The translations under genes were made by a program, and so were the position numbers. Shown one piece after another: positions 1-9,099 of a DNA stretch of 64,000 nt. The DNA lies in contig JBBCGQ010000001.1 of NCBI GenBank assembly GCA_037200845.1, forward strand, positions 2,304,237 to 2,368,236, in the 5' to 3' direction. The notes under the pieces are model-generated. The model had not been told where the DNA came from. It saw nothing but the letters and a program-made list of their open reading frames with translations, and searched no databases. This DNA is from Bauldia sp. (GTDB lineage Bacteria > Pseudomonadota > Alphaproteobacteria > Rhizobiales > Kaistiaceae). Each line of letters starts with the position of its first letter. The first letter of the stretch is position 1.

Positions 1-378
1 CGGCCGTTGTCGAAGCCGGCCGGCACTTCGGTCCATCGCGGCTAGCTCCCCGACGTAGCTTTGGGGAAGCGCCTCTCCGGCGTGCCGGCGGGGCCTCAAC
101 GCGACGAACTCAAGCCCGAGGTGGGCGGGACGGTCGTAGTGCCGACGGACCAGCCACGCTTCGCCCCGCGACCCGGTTGCGTAACCGGAGCCGGCAGGGA
201 ACCGCATCCCCGCTCCGCGACCACGAACGCCTCGAGTTGCGCCCTCGGGTGAGCGGGGATGGGCATATTGTCGGGGAGGTTTGGGTCGCGGGGATAACTT
301 ATTTTCGCGGAGACAGGCGCCTAGCCATTGGCGTCATCTCTCCCTCGGGACCAACATGCGGTCGGACTCGTGGAGAGA

Positions 379-514
379 CACCCCTCCCCAAAACCGCTTT
401 GCGGTTTTGGCCCTCCCGCAAGGGGAGGGCTCAGCTTGCTGCACGACCCGGACTCCGCTTGAACCCTCCCCTTGCGGGAGGGTCAAAACGCCGGAGGCGT
501 TTTGGGGAGGGGTG
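379..514. repeat. 136-bp palindromic intergenic element, family C (CACCCCTCCCCAAAACCGC ... GCGTTTTGGGGAGGGGTG, with internal CCCTCCC/GGGAGGG hairpins)
   Basis: The two halves are reverse complements by eye. A 146-bp sibling sits at 34138-34283. Lies immediately 3' of the thrS stop. Confidence 0.75.
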
Positions 515-531
515 TGCCTCCTCCCCGCGGC

Positions 532-2511
532 CTACGCCGCCTTCGCCTCGGCTGCCTCGCGCTTGACGTCCGGCGCTTCGGCTTCCTGCTGCAGGGCCGC
601 GACCGCGTCGGCGAGCAACATCGACTTCTGGTCCTGCGATCCGAGCCGGCGAATGTTGACGGAAGACTCCTCCGCCTCACGCCGGCCGCATACCAGGATC
701 ACCGGCACCTTCTGCAGCGAGTGCTCGCGCACCTTGTAGTTGATCTTCTCGTTGCGGAGGTCGGTCTCGACGCGCAGCCCCGCCCGGGTCAGTTCCGCCG
801 CGACGCGTCTGGCGTAGTCGTCGGCGTCCTGCGTGATCGTCGCGACGACGACCTGCACCGGCGCGAACCACAGCGGGAAATGCCCGGCGTAATTTTCCAT
901 CAGCACGCCGAGGAAGCGCTCCATCGAGCCGCAAATGGCGCGATGGACCATGAGCGGCGTCTTCTTCGAGCCGTCGGCGTCGATGTAGAAGGCGCCGAAG
1001 CGGCCGGGCATGTTGAAATCGACCTGCGTCGTGCCGCACTGCCAGTCGCGGCCGATGGCGTCGCGCAGCACGTACTCGAACTTCGGCCCGTAGAAGGCGC
1101 CCTCGCCCGGGTTGATGCCGGTCTTCACCTTGCCGCCCGACTGCGCCTCGATCGTCTTCAGCACGTTGAGCATGATGGCTTCCGCCTCGTCCCAGGCGGA
1201 GTCCGAGCCGACGCGCTTCTCCGGCCGCGTCGACAGCTTCACGACGACCTCGCTGAAGCCGAAGTCGGCGTAGGTCGACAGGATCAGGTCGTTGATCTTC
1301 AGGCACTCCGCCGCGAGCTGCTCCTCGGTGCAGAAGATGTGCGCGTCGTCCTGCGTGAAGCCGCGCACGCGCAGCAACCCGTGCAGCGCGCCCGACGGTT
1401 CGTAGCGATGCACGGCGCCGAACTCGGCGAAGCGCAGCGGCAGGTCGCGGTAAGATTTCAGCCCGTGCTTGAATATCTGGATGTGGCCCGGGCAGTTCAT
1501 CGGCTTCAACACGTAGAGGCGATCGTTGTCGTCGATCTCGTCGCCGGCCGGCTGCACCTTGAACATGTTTTCGCGGAAGGTGCCCCAGTGGCCGGACGTC
1601 TCCCACAGCACCTTGTCGAGCATCTGCGGCGCGTTGACTTCCTGGTAGTCGGCGCGCAGCCGCCGGCGCATGTACGCGATCAGCGCCTGGAACATCGTCC
1701 AGCCCTTCGGGTGCCAGAAGACGACGCCCGGCCCCTCCTCCTGGAAATGGAAGAGGTCCATCTCGCGGCCGAGCCGGCGATGGTCGCGCTTCTCCGCCTC
1801 CTCGAGCATGGTGAGGTAGCGCTTCAGCTCCTCCTCGCTCTGCCAGGCGGTGCCGTAGATGCGCGTGAGCTGCGGGTTGCGCGCGTCGCCGCGCCAGTAG
1901 GCGCCGGCGACCTTCATCAATCTGAACGCCTGCCCGATCTGCCCCGTCGAGGCCATGTGCGGCCCGCGGCAGAGATCGAACCAGTCGCCCTGCTTGTAGA
2001 TCTTGATCTGCTGGTCGGCGGGAATCGCATCGACCAGCTCGACCTTGAACATCTCGCCCTTGTCGGCGAACACCTGCTTGGCGTCGTCGCGCGACCACAC
2101 TTCCTTGGTGAAGGGCAGATTGCGCTGCACGATCTCGCGCATCTTGGCTTCGATCTTCGGCAGGTCGTCGGTGGTGAACGGCTCGTTGCGGAAGAAGTCG
2201 TAGTAGAAACCGTTCTCGATCACCGGACCGATGGTCACCTGCGTGCCGGGATAGAGCTCCTGCACCGCCTCGGCCATGACGTGCGCCGCATCGTGGCGGA
2301 TGAGCTCCAGCGCGCGCGGATCGTCGCGCGTCACGATCTCGATCTTCGCGTCTTTCTGGATCGGGTCGGAAAGGTCGGCGACGGTCCCGTCGAGCGCCAT
2401 CGCCACCGCCTTCTTGGCGAGCGACTTGGAGATGCCCTCGGCGACATCCCTGCCGGTGATGCCGGCCGGAAATTCGCGAACGGAATTGTCGGGGAAGGTC
2501 AGGTGGATCAT
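532..2511 (-). CDS. thrS: threonine--tRNA ligase
   Basis: Translation from [14 protein letters not shown] is full-length ThrS-like (TGS, editing, class II core, anticodon domain). The track ORF starts 30 codons upstream, but ATG at 2511 has GGAGAG about 8 nt upstream. Confidence 0.95.
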   Translation of the reverse strand: MIHLTFPDNSVREFPAGITGRDVAEGISKSLAKKAVAMALDGTVADLSDPIQKDAKIEIVTRDDPRALELIRHDAAHVMAEAVQELYPGTQVTIGPVIENGFYYDFFRNEPFTTDDLPKIEAKMREIVQRNLPFTKEVWSRDDAKQVFADKGEMFKVELVDAIPADQQIKIYKQGDWFDLCRGPHMASTGQIGQAFRLMKVAGAYWRGDARNPQLTRIYGTAWQSEEELKRYLTMLEEAEKRDHRRLGREMDLFHFQEEGPGVVFWHPKGWTMFQALIAYMRRRLRADYQEVNAPQMLDKVLWETSGHWGTFRENMFKVQPAGDEIDDNDRLYVLKPMNCPGHIQIFKHGLKSYRDLPLRFAEFGAVHRYEPSGALHGLLRVRGFTQDDAHIFCTEEQLAAECLKINDLILSTYADFGFSEVVVKLSTRPEKRVGSDSAWDEAEAIMLNVLKTIEAQSGGKVKTGINPGEGAFYGPKFEYVLRDAIGRDWQCGTTQVDFNMPGRFGAFYIDADGSKKTPLMVHRAICGSMERFLGVLMENYAGHFPLWFAPVQVVVATITQDADDYARRVAAELTRAGLRVETDLRNEKINYKVREHSLQKVPVILVCGRREAEESSVNIRRLGSQDQKSMLLADAVAALQQEAEAPDVKREAAEAKAA

Positions 2512-2631
2512 CGTTCTCTCCTGCTCACTCCCACGTACGAGCGCGGGTAAGCTTCGGGGTGACTCAGTTAGCGTCGTCGCGCAAACCACGTCAACAGTCA
2601 AGCACGCGGTTCTACGTGAAAGGTCTTTCAG

Positions 2632-3432
2632 ATGAGCGAAACCTCAAACGGCAGCAAAGGCTTTAACCAGCCTTGTTTCTTCAACGGAAAAGTCCTGCCA
2701 GAACGCGCCCACGCCTATTTCAATATTCAGAAACAGCACGCTCGACTGCAAGATCGAGAAATTGAATTCTCAGCTCTCTGTTTCGGCTCGCAAATAGTCG
2801 GGTCAATTACCTCGTCGTCGGGTTTCGACAACCTGCTCCACGCTTCAACGGTGGCGAATCTCGTCTTACGCAACATCGTCGATCGACTTAGTTTTGCAAA
2901 TTTCTGTGGTTACGACGTGGAAGTCACGAGCATCATATCTGGTGAAGAAAGCGAGATCCTTGGTGTCTTCGAACCGGTGTTTTTCGATACGCCGGAACAG
3001 CAAGCAGCGTTCACACGGAAAGAGCTTCCATTTTTCTCGCCGGTCCAATTCACGCCCGCCCATCCGCGACTGGACCACGCCTTGAGATGCTTCAATCACG
3101 GTCTTCGTGACCGGGCCCTCACAACATTCTTCTGCTTCCTCGCAATTGAGACGGTAGCGAGAATGATTTGCGAGGTAGTGCGAGGGGTGGAAGTTCCACG
3201 TGTCCAGGAAGCTGAATGGCTACTGTTTCGAGAATCTCTTCAAGTACGTCGTGAGACTATCGACGACGATGTGAAGAAGCTCTCCGATCATTTTCGACAC
3301 GGCGATTTTGTAAACACCAGTTGGCCGGAACGAAAAAAGGCCATGTCTCTGACGTGGAATGTGATTGCCAGAGCGATGCAAGTTCTAACTACAGGCCAGT
3401 CTTTGAGCGCCGAGGTGTTTCCGCCCCTGTAA
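2632..3432 (+). CDS. hypothetical protein, low-GC orphan (266 aa)
   Basis: Only long ORF in a ~48% GC patch (counted 48/100 at 2701-2800) flanked by ~70% GC DNA. No domain, signal peptide or TM segment recognised. Divergent from thrS, and its stop lies 3 nt from the convergent yidD stop. Confidence 0.6.
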   Translation: MSETSNGSKGFNQPCFFNGKVLPERAHAYFNIQKQHARLQDREIEFSALCFGSQIVGSITSSSGFDNLLHASTVANLVLRNIVDRLSFANFCGYDVEVTSIISGEESEILGVFEPVFFDTPEQQAAFTRKELPFFSPVQFTPAHPRLDHALRCFNHGLRDRALTTFFCFLAIETVARMICEVVRGVEVPRVQEAEWLLFRESLQVRRETIDDDVKKLSDHFRHGDFVNTSWPERKKAMSLTWNVIARAMQVLTTGQSLSAEVFPPL

Positions 3433-3435
3433 ACT

Positions 3436-3765
3436 TCAGACGTCCAGCCGCGTATCCGGGTGAATGTGGTCGCCGGTCCAGTGCCCGTAGCGCCACGGCC
3501 GATACCACGCGGCGTCCGTCGGCAAAGTCTCCGGCACCGGATCGAAGCCCGACGCGCCGAACGGCCCGCAGCGCTGCAGCCGCGCCAGCCCGATCCACGA
3601 GCCGCGCCACAGCCCGTATTTCGCGATCGCCTCCTCCGTGTACTCCGAGCACGTCGGCAGATAGCGGCACGAGCGCCCGATCAGCGGCGACAGGAACAGC
3701 CGGTAAAGCCTGATCGCGCCGATGCCGAGAAGGCCGGGCACGCGCGTGAGGGAGAGATCGCTCAT
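3436..3765 (-). CDS. yidD: membrane protein insertion efficiency factor YidD
   Basis: Contains the YidD signature RLYRLFLSPLIGRSCRYLPTCSEYTEEAI. Start placed at internal ATG (MSDLSL). Confidence 0.85.
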   Translation of the reverse strand: MSDLSLTRVPGLLGIGAIRLYRLFLSPLIGRSCRYLPTCSEYTEEAIAKYGLWRGSWIGLARLQRCGPFGASGFDPVPETLPTDAAWYRPWRYGHWTGDHIHPDTRLDV

Positions 3766-3942
3766 CGCCCCTATGTAGGTGCCCGAACGGCGTCCCGGCA
3801 ATCTGTCACAGAAACCGGCTACAGCGACGCAGCGTCGGCGCAGTGCCCGCGTGCCCTAACCGAAAATTCACCACTCGGGCACAGGCTCTGGACCGTCGTC
3901 GTGGGGTCGTCAGGGGCATCCGAGGCCAAGGGAATAAATCGT

Positions 3943-4062
3943 ATGGCCAGCTTCATCCAGCACTACCTCGACTACCGCCGCGTCGGTATCGGCCGCCTTG
4001 CCGCCATCCGCTTTGCGTGGGCCGTCGTATCGACGCGCTCGCGTCCGATGCAGATCCGCTAG
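3943..4062 (+). CDS. candidate small ORF (39 aa, MASFIQHYLDYRRVGIGRLAAIRFAWAVV...)
   Basis: Third-codon positions are about 87% G/C like real genes here. AAGGGA lies 9 nt upstream of the ATG. No homolog recognised. Confidence 0.25.
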   Translation: MASFIQHYLDYRRVGIGRLAAIRFAWAVVSTRSRPMQIR

Positions 4063-4458
4063 TTGCCGGTCGCCGCTCGCGCGATCGTCGCCATGCCGGT
4101 TTCGATCGTCTTGAGCACGGTCTGGCTCTTGTAGCCGAGCCCGTGCCGGCGCCCGATCCAGTGCGGATCGTTGTAGGTCAGCCAGACCTCGCCGTTCTCG
4201 TCCTCCCACGCCAGCGGCCCGCATCGGCAGGTCGAGTCCCGCCGCCTGTTCGTCTTCCATCAGGATGGTGCCGTTGACCGGGTTGCCGAACATCAGCAGC
4301 TCGGTCGGCCGCAACGTCATGCCGACCTTGGCGGCGTTGGCGGCATGATCGATGCGCAGGAACACCTCGAGGCCGACCTTCGCGACCGCCTCGCAGAGCG
4401 CGTCGATCGTGTCATGCACCGACCGCCGGCTGACCAGCGTAACCAGTCCGTCTTCCAC
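4059..4458 (-). pseudogene. DUF302 domain protein interrupted by a 1-nt insertion (possible assembly error)
   Basis: N-terminal 75 aa are DUF302-like up to GLDLPMR. The expected continuation LAWEDENGEVWLTYNDPHWIGRRHGL...ATGN* is in the adjacent frame and ends at 4059. Length is 400 nt (3n+1). Shift site is around 4211-4220 (CCAGCGGCCC). Confidence 0.8.
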
Positions 4459-4475
4459 GTGTGGACCCCCGAACC

Positions 4476-4913
4476 CTAGACCGCGCGCTTCGCCTCGATC
4501 TGACTTATCGCGTCGACCACCGCATCGAAGGTCAGCATGGTCGAGGCATGCCGCGCCCTGTAGTCGCGCACCGGCTCCAGAAACTGAAGCTCGGCGAAAC
4601 GTCCCTCCGGCGGCGGCCCGTTTTCTTTCAGCATCTTCCGCATCGCCTCGCGCACGGCGCGAAGCTCCGCCGCGTTCGCCCCGACCACGTGCCGCGCCAT
4701 GATCGACGACGACGCCTGCCCGAGCGCGCAGGCCCTGACATCATGCGAGAAGTCGGTGACGATATCGCCGTCCATCTTGAGATCGACGGTGACGGTCGAT
4801 CCGCAGAGGCGGGAGTGCGCGCTCGCTGTGGCGTCCGGCGCGTCGAGCCGCCCCAGCCGCGGGATCGTCCCAGCGAACTCCAGAATCTGCCTGTTGTAGA
4901 TGTCGTCGAGCAT
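4476..4913 (-). CDS. NifU/IscU N-terminal-domain Fe-S cluster scaffold-like protein
   Basis: 145 aa with LCGSTVTVDLKM and ACALGQASSS motifs typical of the alphaproteobacterial scaffold-like family. Confidence 0.8.
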   Translation of the reverse strand: MLDDIYNRQILEFAGTIPRLGRLDAPDATASAHSRLCGSTVTVDLKMDGDIVTDFSHDVRACALGQASSSIMARHVVGANAAELRAVREAMRKMLKENGPPPEGRFAELQFLEPVRDYRARHASTMLTFDAVVDAISQIEAKRAV

Positions 4914-5100
4914 GGCCCGAATATAGCAAGCATCGCGCCCGCGGCCATCGCCGGACGGGATAACCGCGCCAACTATAGGATTTGGAAAGCTTTTTTAAGC
5001 CCTGTCACACTACTGACAGAGGGCGGCTTCCAAGCGGCTAGCCTCTGCCTATATAAGCCAGCACATTATCTCAGCGTCGGTCGCGCAAACGGGGAATCCG

Positions 5101-5735
5101 ATGGAAGCCGTCTTCAAGAAGCCAGTCGCCGTCGCACCGGCGCGGCACATCGAGCGCCCGAGCCGCGAGGAGGCCGAAAAGGCCGTCCGCACGCTGATCG
5201 CCTGGGCCGGCGACAATCCCGATCGCGACGGCCTCAAGGACACGCCGAAGCGCGTCACCGAGGCCTACGGCGAATTCTTCTCCGGCTACGAGCAGTCGGC
5301 CGAGGTGCCGCTCGAGCGCACCTTCGAGGACATCGGCGTCTACGACGACATGGTGCTCGTCCGCGACATTCCGTTCTTCTCGCACTGCGAGCACCACATG
5401 GTGCCCTTCGTCGGCAAGGCGCACGTCGCCTACTACCCGACCGACAACAAGGTCGTCGGCCTGTCGAAGCTCGCCCGCGTCGTCGAGGTCTTCGCCCACC
5501 GCCTGCAGACGCAGGAGCGGCTGACCTCGGAAGTCGTATCGGCCATCGACGAGACGCTGAAGCCGCGCGGCATCGCCGTGATGATCGAAGCCGAGCACCA
5601 GTGCATGACGCTGCGCGGCGTCAAGGCGCATGGCGCGAGCACCGTGACGACGCAGTTCACCGGCGCCTCCGCGACGACCCGGCGGAGCAGATGCGGTTCG
5701 TGACGCTGGTCAAGGGCGGGCATTCCGGGGCGTAG
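5101..5735 (+). pseudogene. folE: GTP cyclohydrolase I FolE with a 1-nt deletion near the 3' end (possible assembly error)
   Basis: Clear FolE ([19 protein letters not shown]). After TTQFTGA the frame gives [11 protein letters not shown], while the adjacent frame gives [17 protein letters not shown]...*, ending at 5735. GCCTCCGC at 5665-5672 would be GCCTTCCGC. Confidence 0.85.
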
Positions 5736-5792
5736 CCCGGTCGCTCTTTCCTGCCGTCGCTTTTCCCCGCGCTCCGCTCCTTCCTCCACCAA

Positions 5793-5914
5793 CTGTCATC
5801 CTTCGGCGGCGCGCAGCGCCGACCGGAGGACCCGCCTCTGCAAAGCTTCGCCATTATTTGAATGCCGCACTCGGTCCACCGGTCGAGGCCTTCGGCCTCG
5901 CCGAAGGACGACAG
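5793..5914. repeat. 122-bp MITE-like element, family B (CTGTCATCCTTCGGCG ... CGCCGAAGGAcGACAG terminal inverted repeats)
   Basis: Same termini and internal CGACCGGAGGACC / GGTCCnCCGGTCG arms as the copies at 9790-9910 and 23107-23227. Confidence 0.8.
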
Positions 5915-6000
5915 AGGGGATGGTGCTTTCGCGGAGATGAGCAGGTGGATAGGTTTGGCGCCTCGCTCTGAACAACCTGACTCCATTCGGGACCAAGCCG

Positions 6001-6438
6001 ATGCCCACTGCCCAATTCGCCCCCCGCGCCGACGAGCACACCGTTGAAGCCGGCACCGCCCTCTCGCCGAAGTTCGATGCCGACGGGCTGATCGTTGCCA
6101 TCGCCGTCGATGCCGACAAGGGCGATGTGCTCATGGTCGCGCACATGAACGCCGAGGCCCTCGCCCGCACCATCGAGACGCGGCAGGGCTGGTTCTGGTC
6201 GCGTTCGCGCCGGAAGCTGTGGCGGAAGGGCGAGGAGAGCGGCAACACGCTCGCCGTCGCCGACATCCGCATCGATTGCGACCAGGACGCGGTGCTGCTC
6301 AAGGTGCGCGTCGCCGGCGATGGCGTGACTTGCCATACCGGCTACCGTTCGTGCTTCTACCGCAGCGTCCCGACGGGCGCGGCCCCGACTCCGGACCTCG
6401 CGCTGGTGTTCGACAAGGCGATGCCGCGGAAGCCGTAG
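6001..6438 (+). CDS. hisI: phosphoribosyl-AMP cyclohydrolase
   Basis: 145 aa with [17 protein letters not shown] and [10 protein letters not shown]...[10 protein letters not shown] motifs. Confidence 0.9.
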   Translation: MPTAQFAPRADEHTVEAGTALSPKFDADGLIVAIAVDADKGDVLMVAHMNAEALARTIETRQGWFWSRSRRKLWRKGEESGNTLAVADIRIDCDQDAVLLKVRVAGDGVTCHTGYRSCFYRSVPTGAAPTPDLALVFDKAMPRKP

Positions 6439-6460
6439 CGCGGGCAGGAACCTCCCGCCG

Positions 6461-6695
6461 CTCGTCCCCGCGAAAGCGGGGACTCACGTGACATCGCGCT
6501 CCGCTTCCCTACTCCACTCCCAAGCCACTCCACATGGATCCCCGCTTTCGCGGGGATGAGCGGAGGGCGGGAGACTGCCACGGGCACGACTCCCTCCGCT
6601 TCCCCGCGAAAGCGGGGGTCCAGGGGCCGCACCGCGCTCCGTTCTCTTTCCCGAACTCCAACCCAAACCTGGATCCCCGCTTTCGCGGGGAAAGC
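6461..6695. repeat. two tandem pairs of family A hairpin repeats (CCCCGCGAAAGCGGGG / CCCCGCTTTCGCGGGG)
   Basis: 16-nt palindromic cores at 6466-6481, 6540-6555, 6602-6617 and 6675-6690, with flanking GTC...ACCCAGG / CTGGATC arms in inverted orientation. Confidence 0.85.
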
Positions 6696-6741
6696 GGAGA
6701 GGAAAAGACGCCGCTGTATTGGCGAGGTAGGCGAGAGCAGG

Positions 6742-7170
6742 CTACGCCATCGCGATATACGCGCGCATCTCCTCGGCCTCGCGCTCGACCTGGCCGATCC
6801 GCGCCTTGACCACGTCGCCGATCGACACGATGCCGTCGAGCTTGCCGGCACGCACCACCGGCAGGTGGCGGAAGCGGCCGCGCGTCATCCGCGCCATGAC
6901 GCTGTCGATCGTTTCGCCGTCGGTGCAGGTGACCACCGTCCGCGTCATGATCGCGTCGATCGGCTCAGTCAGTGCCGCGCCGCCGGTCGCCGCGATGGCG
7001 CGGACGATGTCGCGTTCCGAGATGATGCCGGCGATGCGCTCGCCTTCGACGACGACCAGCGCGCCGATCTTCTTGCGCGCGAGCAGCGCCACCGCGTCGG
7101 CAACCGTCTTCGCCGCCGTCGTGGTCGCGACCTCGCGTCCCTTGTCCGATAAAATTGCCGCCACGGTCAT
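6742..7170 (-). CDS. CBS domain-containing protein
   Basis: 142 aa CBS pair (MTVAAILSDKG...). GGAGG lies 7 nt upstream of the ATG at 7170. Confidence 0.85.
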   Translation of the reverse strand: MTVAAILSDKGREVATTTAAKTVADAVALLARKKIGALVVVEGERIAGIISERDIVRAIAATGGAALTEPIDAIMTRTVVTCTDGETIDSVMARMTRGRFRHLPVVRAGKLDGIVSIGDVVKARIGQVEREAEEMRAYIAMA

Positions 7171-7263
7171 TGGGCCAACCTCCGTCGGGTTGCGTCGCCC
7201 CCAAGCCAGTGCCCAACGATGCGACCGGATTGCGGCGATGACAAGCTGCACCGCAGCAACGCC

Positions 7264-8007
7264 TCACGCGGCGCGCGGCACCGGATCGAACAGACGGAAG
7301 AACAGCAGCCCCGCCGCGAAGCCGCCGAGGTGCGCGTCCCACGCCACCGCGCCGCTGGCGAGGCCCGCTCCGCCGGTCAGCCCGAAGAGCAGGTTCACGA
7401 CGAACCACACGCCGAGGAACATCACGACGCGCTGGTCGCGGACGAGCTGGCGGAGCGGCACCGCCGGCTGGCGATAGGCATCGAAGCCGCCCAGCGACCA
7501 CATCGGCCCCTGCGGCTGGAAGATGAAGCGCGCCGCGCCCGCCATCAGCGCCGAGATGCCGGCCGATGCGCCGATCACCGGCGCCGCCGACGTCGGATAG
7601 ATGGCGAGATGCACCGCGGCGCCCGCGATCGAGCCGACCGCCGAGTACGCCAGGAACCGCACCGCCCCGAAACGCCGCGCCAGCGGACTGCCGAACGCCG
7701 CCAGCCACACGCAGTTGATCAGCACGTGGCCCCAGTCGGCATGTAGGAACGCGTAGGTGAGAAACGTCCACACCCGCGCTCCGTCGCCGATCGCGGCGAG
7801 ATCGGAGTAGGCATTGGGGTTGGTCTCGCGGATCGGCAGGAAGGCGAAATCGAGGATCACCTGCAGGTCGGCGTCCTGCGAGAGGATGAACACGCGGCCG
7901 GCGTGGATCGCGACGAGCAGCGCGATCAGCCCGGTGACCACCGCCGGCAGGTTGAAGATCGGCTGGCGGGTCGCCGGTATGTGCGGATTGGGGACGGGTG
8001 CGTTCAT
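7264..8007 (-). CDS. rhomboid family intramembrane serine protease
   Basis: Multi-TM protein with GASAGISALMG-type serine motif and downstream AHLGG histidine motif. Start chosen at MNAPVPNP. Confidence 0.8.
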   Translation of the reverse strand: MNAPVPNPHIPATRQPIFNLPAVVTGLIALLVAIHAGRVFILSQDADLQVILDFAFLPIRETNPNAYSDLAAIGDGARVWTFLTYAFLHADWGHVLINCVWLAAFGSPLARRFGAVRFLAYSAVGSIAGAAVHLAIYPTSAAPVIGASAGISALMAGAARFIFQPQGPMWSLGGFDAYRQPAVPLRQLVRDQRVVMFLGVWFVVNLLFGLTGGAGLASGAVAWDAHLGGFAAGLLFFRLFDPVPRAA

Positions 8008-8072
8008 CGGTGACCGTGTCGGGGCGAACCCCGGCTGAAATAGGGCGCGGCGGCCACCGTAGCGAATGCGCC

Positions 8073-8101
8073 GCCAAAACAAAAACCGCCCGGCGCGGTT
8101 T
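8073..8101 (-). terminator. intrinsic-terminator-like hairpin in the rhomboid 5' region
   Basis: On the minus strand reads AAACCGC-GCCGG-GCGGTTT followed by TTGTTTT. It lies 66-94 nt upstream of the rhomboid ATG, and no minus-strand gene lies upstream. Confidence 0.4.
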
Positions 8102-8343
8102 GCGCGCGGCGGCTTTGGGTCGCTTCCCGTCTTCCCCCGAGAACGAAGGCGCGACTCTCGCACGCCGCCGCGCGCCGCGACACTCCGCGCCGCACATCAA
8201 CCTTACCGCCGCCGTTGGCACACCGTCTGCAGTCAGAGCGGCGGGCACGGGAACAAGACGGAAAGCCTGTCCCGAACCTGGACGTGGAATCCGGCGGCGG
8301 GACGGCCGCGGGCTTCTTGCGGCCTCATAGTGGGACGACGGGG

Positions 8344-9003
8344 ATGGCGACGATGAAACACAGTTCGTCACGCGAGCTGTTCGAATACTGGAACCGCGTG
8401 CGCGGCAGCGATCGCGCTCCGCATCGCGGCTCGATCGAGCCGAGCGACATCCGCCGTGTCCTTGCCGACACCTTCATTCTCGAAGTCGCCGACCGCGAGA
8501 ATTATCTCGTGCGTCTCGCCGGCACGCGCGTCTGTTCGCTCTACTGCCGCGAATTGAAGAGCACGAACTTCTTCGATCTGTTCCAGGCCGACGATCGCTC
8601 CGCCATGCAGACGCTCGCCGCCGCCGTGACCGAGGATGGCGCCGCCGCCGTCATCACGGTCGAGGCGAAGACCGCGCGTGGCCAGGACGTCGCCGCCGAG
8701 CTTCTGCTGCTGCCGCTCCGCCACTCCGGTCCGACCTTCGACCGCGTGCTGGGTTCGCTGGCGGTGCTGGAGCGCCCCTACTGGCTGGGCACCGAGCCGG
8801 TGATCAAGCAGACCATCGCCAGCCTCCGACTAATCTGGCCGGACGAGACGCCGCGCTACGGCCGCCGCCGCGGCGACCAGCCGGAGGTGCCGCCGGCCCG
8901 CCCGGTCGCGCTCCCCGGCGCCAACGCCGACATCATCGCGATGCCGCTGCCCAACTCGCGCCGCCGCGGCCACCTGTTCGTCGTCGACGGCGGCAAGGAA
9001 TAA
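8344..9003 (+). CDS. PAS_5 (DUF1457-type) PAS domain protein
   Basis: ELFEYWNRVRG...PHRGSIEPSDIRRVLADTFILEV is the conserved alphaproteobacterial PAS_5 family pattern. Start at MATMKHSS. Confidence 0.75.
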   Translation: MATMKHSSSRELFEYWNRVRGSDRAPHRGSIEPSDIRRVLADTFILEVADRENYLVRLAGTRVCSLYCRELKSTNFFDLFQADDRSAMQTLAAAVTEDGAAAVITVEAKTARGQDVAAELLLLPLRHSGPTFDRVLGSLAVLERPYWLGTEPVIKQTIASLRLIWPDETPRYGRRRGDQPEVPPARPVALPGANADIIAMPLPNSRRRGHLFVVDGGKE

Positions 9004-9099
9004 GCGTCGGTAAACATACCAAGCGCCATCCTTACCGCTTGTTAACCGCGATGGTTGAAGATCGGCCGTCGCGGTAAAACCGAGCGCTACGCCCTAGAA

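Noticed and set aside
1-270. Possible gene fragments at the left edge (a plus-strand frame ending at TAG 43-45, a minus-strand ATG at 266 giving MPIPAHPRAQLEAFVVAER..., and another minus-strand frame open to position 1)
   Set aside because: No recognisable family, no ribosome-binding site for the minus-strand ATG, and only moderate GC3. Too little sequence to support a call.
472-2550. 692-aa plus-strand ORF
   Set aside because: Antisense to an unmistakable thrS. Arg/Leu/Ala-rich, as expected for the reverse frame of a high-GC gene, with no family resemblance.
5002-5019. CTGTCA-N6-TGACAG palindrome in the divergent Fe-S scaffold/folE promoter region
   Set aside because: Only 6-bp arms and no second copy. 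Not distinguishable from chance without comparative data.
6461-6695. Possible CRISPR array (regularly recurring hairpin repeats, also at 56140-56390)
   Set aside because: The repeats alternate in orientation and the spacers are irregular (40-60 bp). No cas genes are present, and the same unit is scattered singly across the window. This is REP-like, not CRISPR.
6357-6851. ORFs translating the repeats (PAFAGMT/PRFRGE/SPRKRG peptides), also at 16765-17061, 21686-21860, 24138-24453 and 56124-56541
   Set aside because: They are read-through of family A/C/D palindromic repeats. The same peptides recur wherever the repeat occurs, on both strands.
9042-9058. TTAACC-N4-TGGTTGA, CtrA-box-like sequence upstream of PilZ
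   Set aside because: It does not fit TTAA-N7-TTAA spacing, and the 8-mer half-site has a mismatch.
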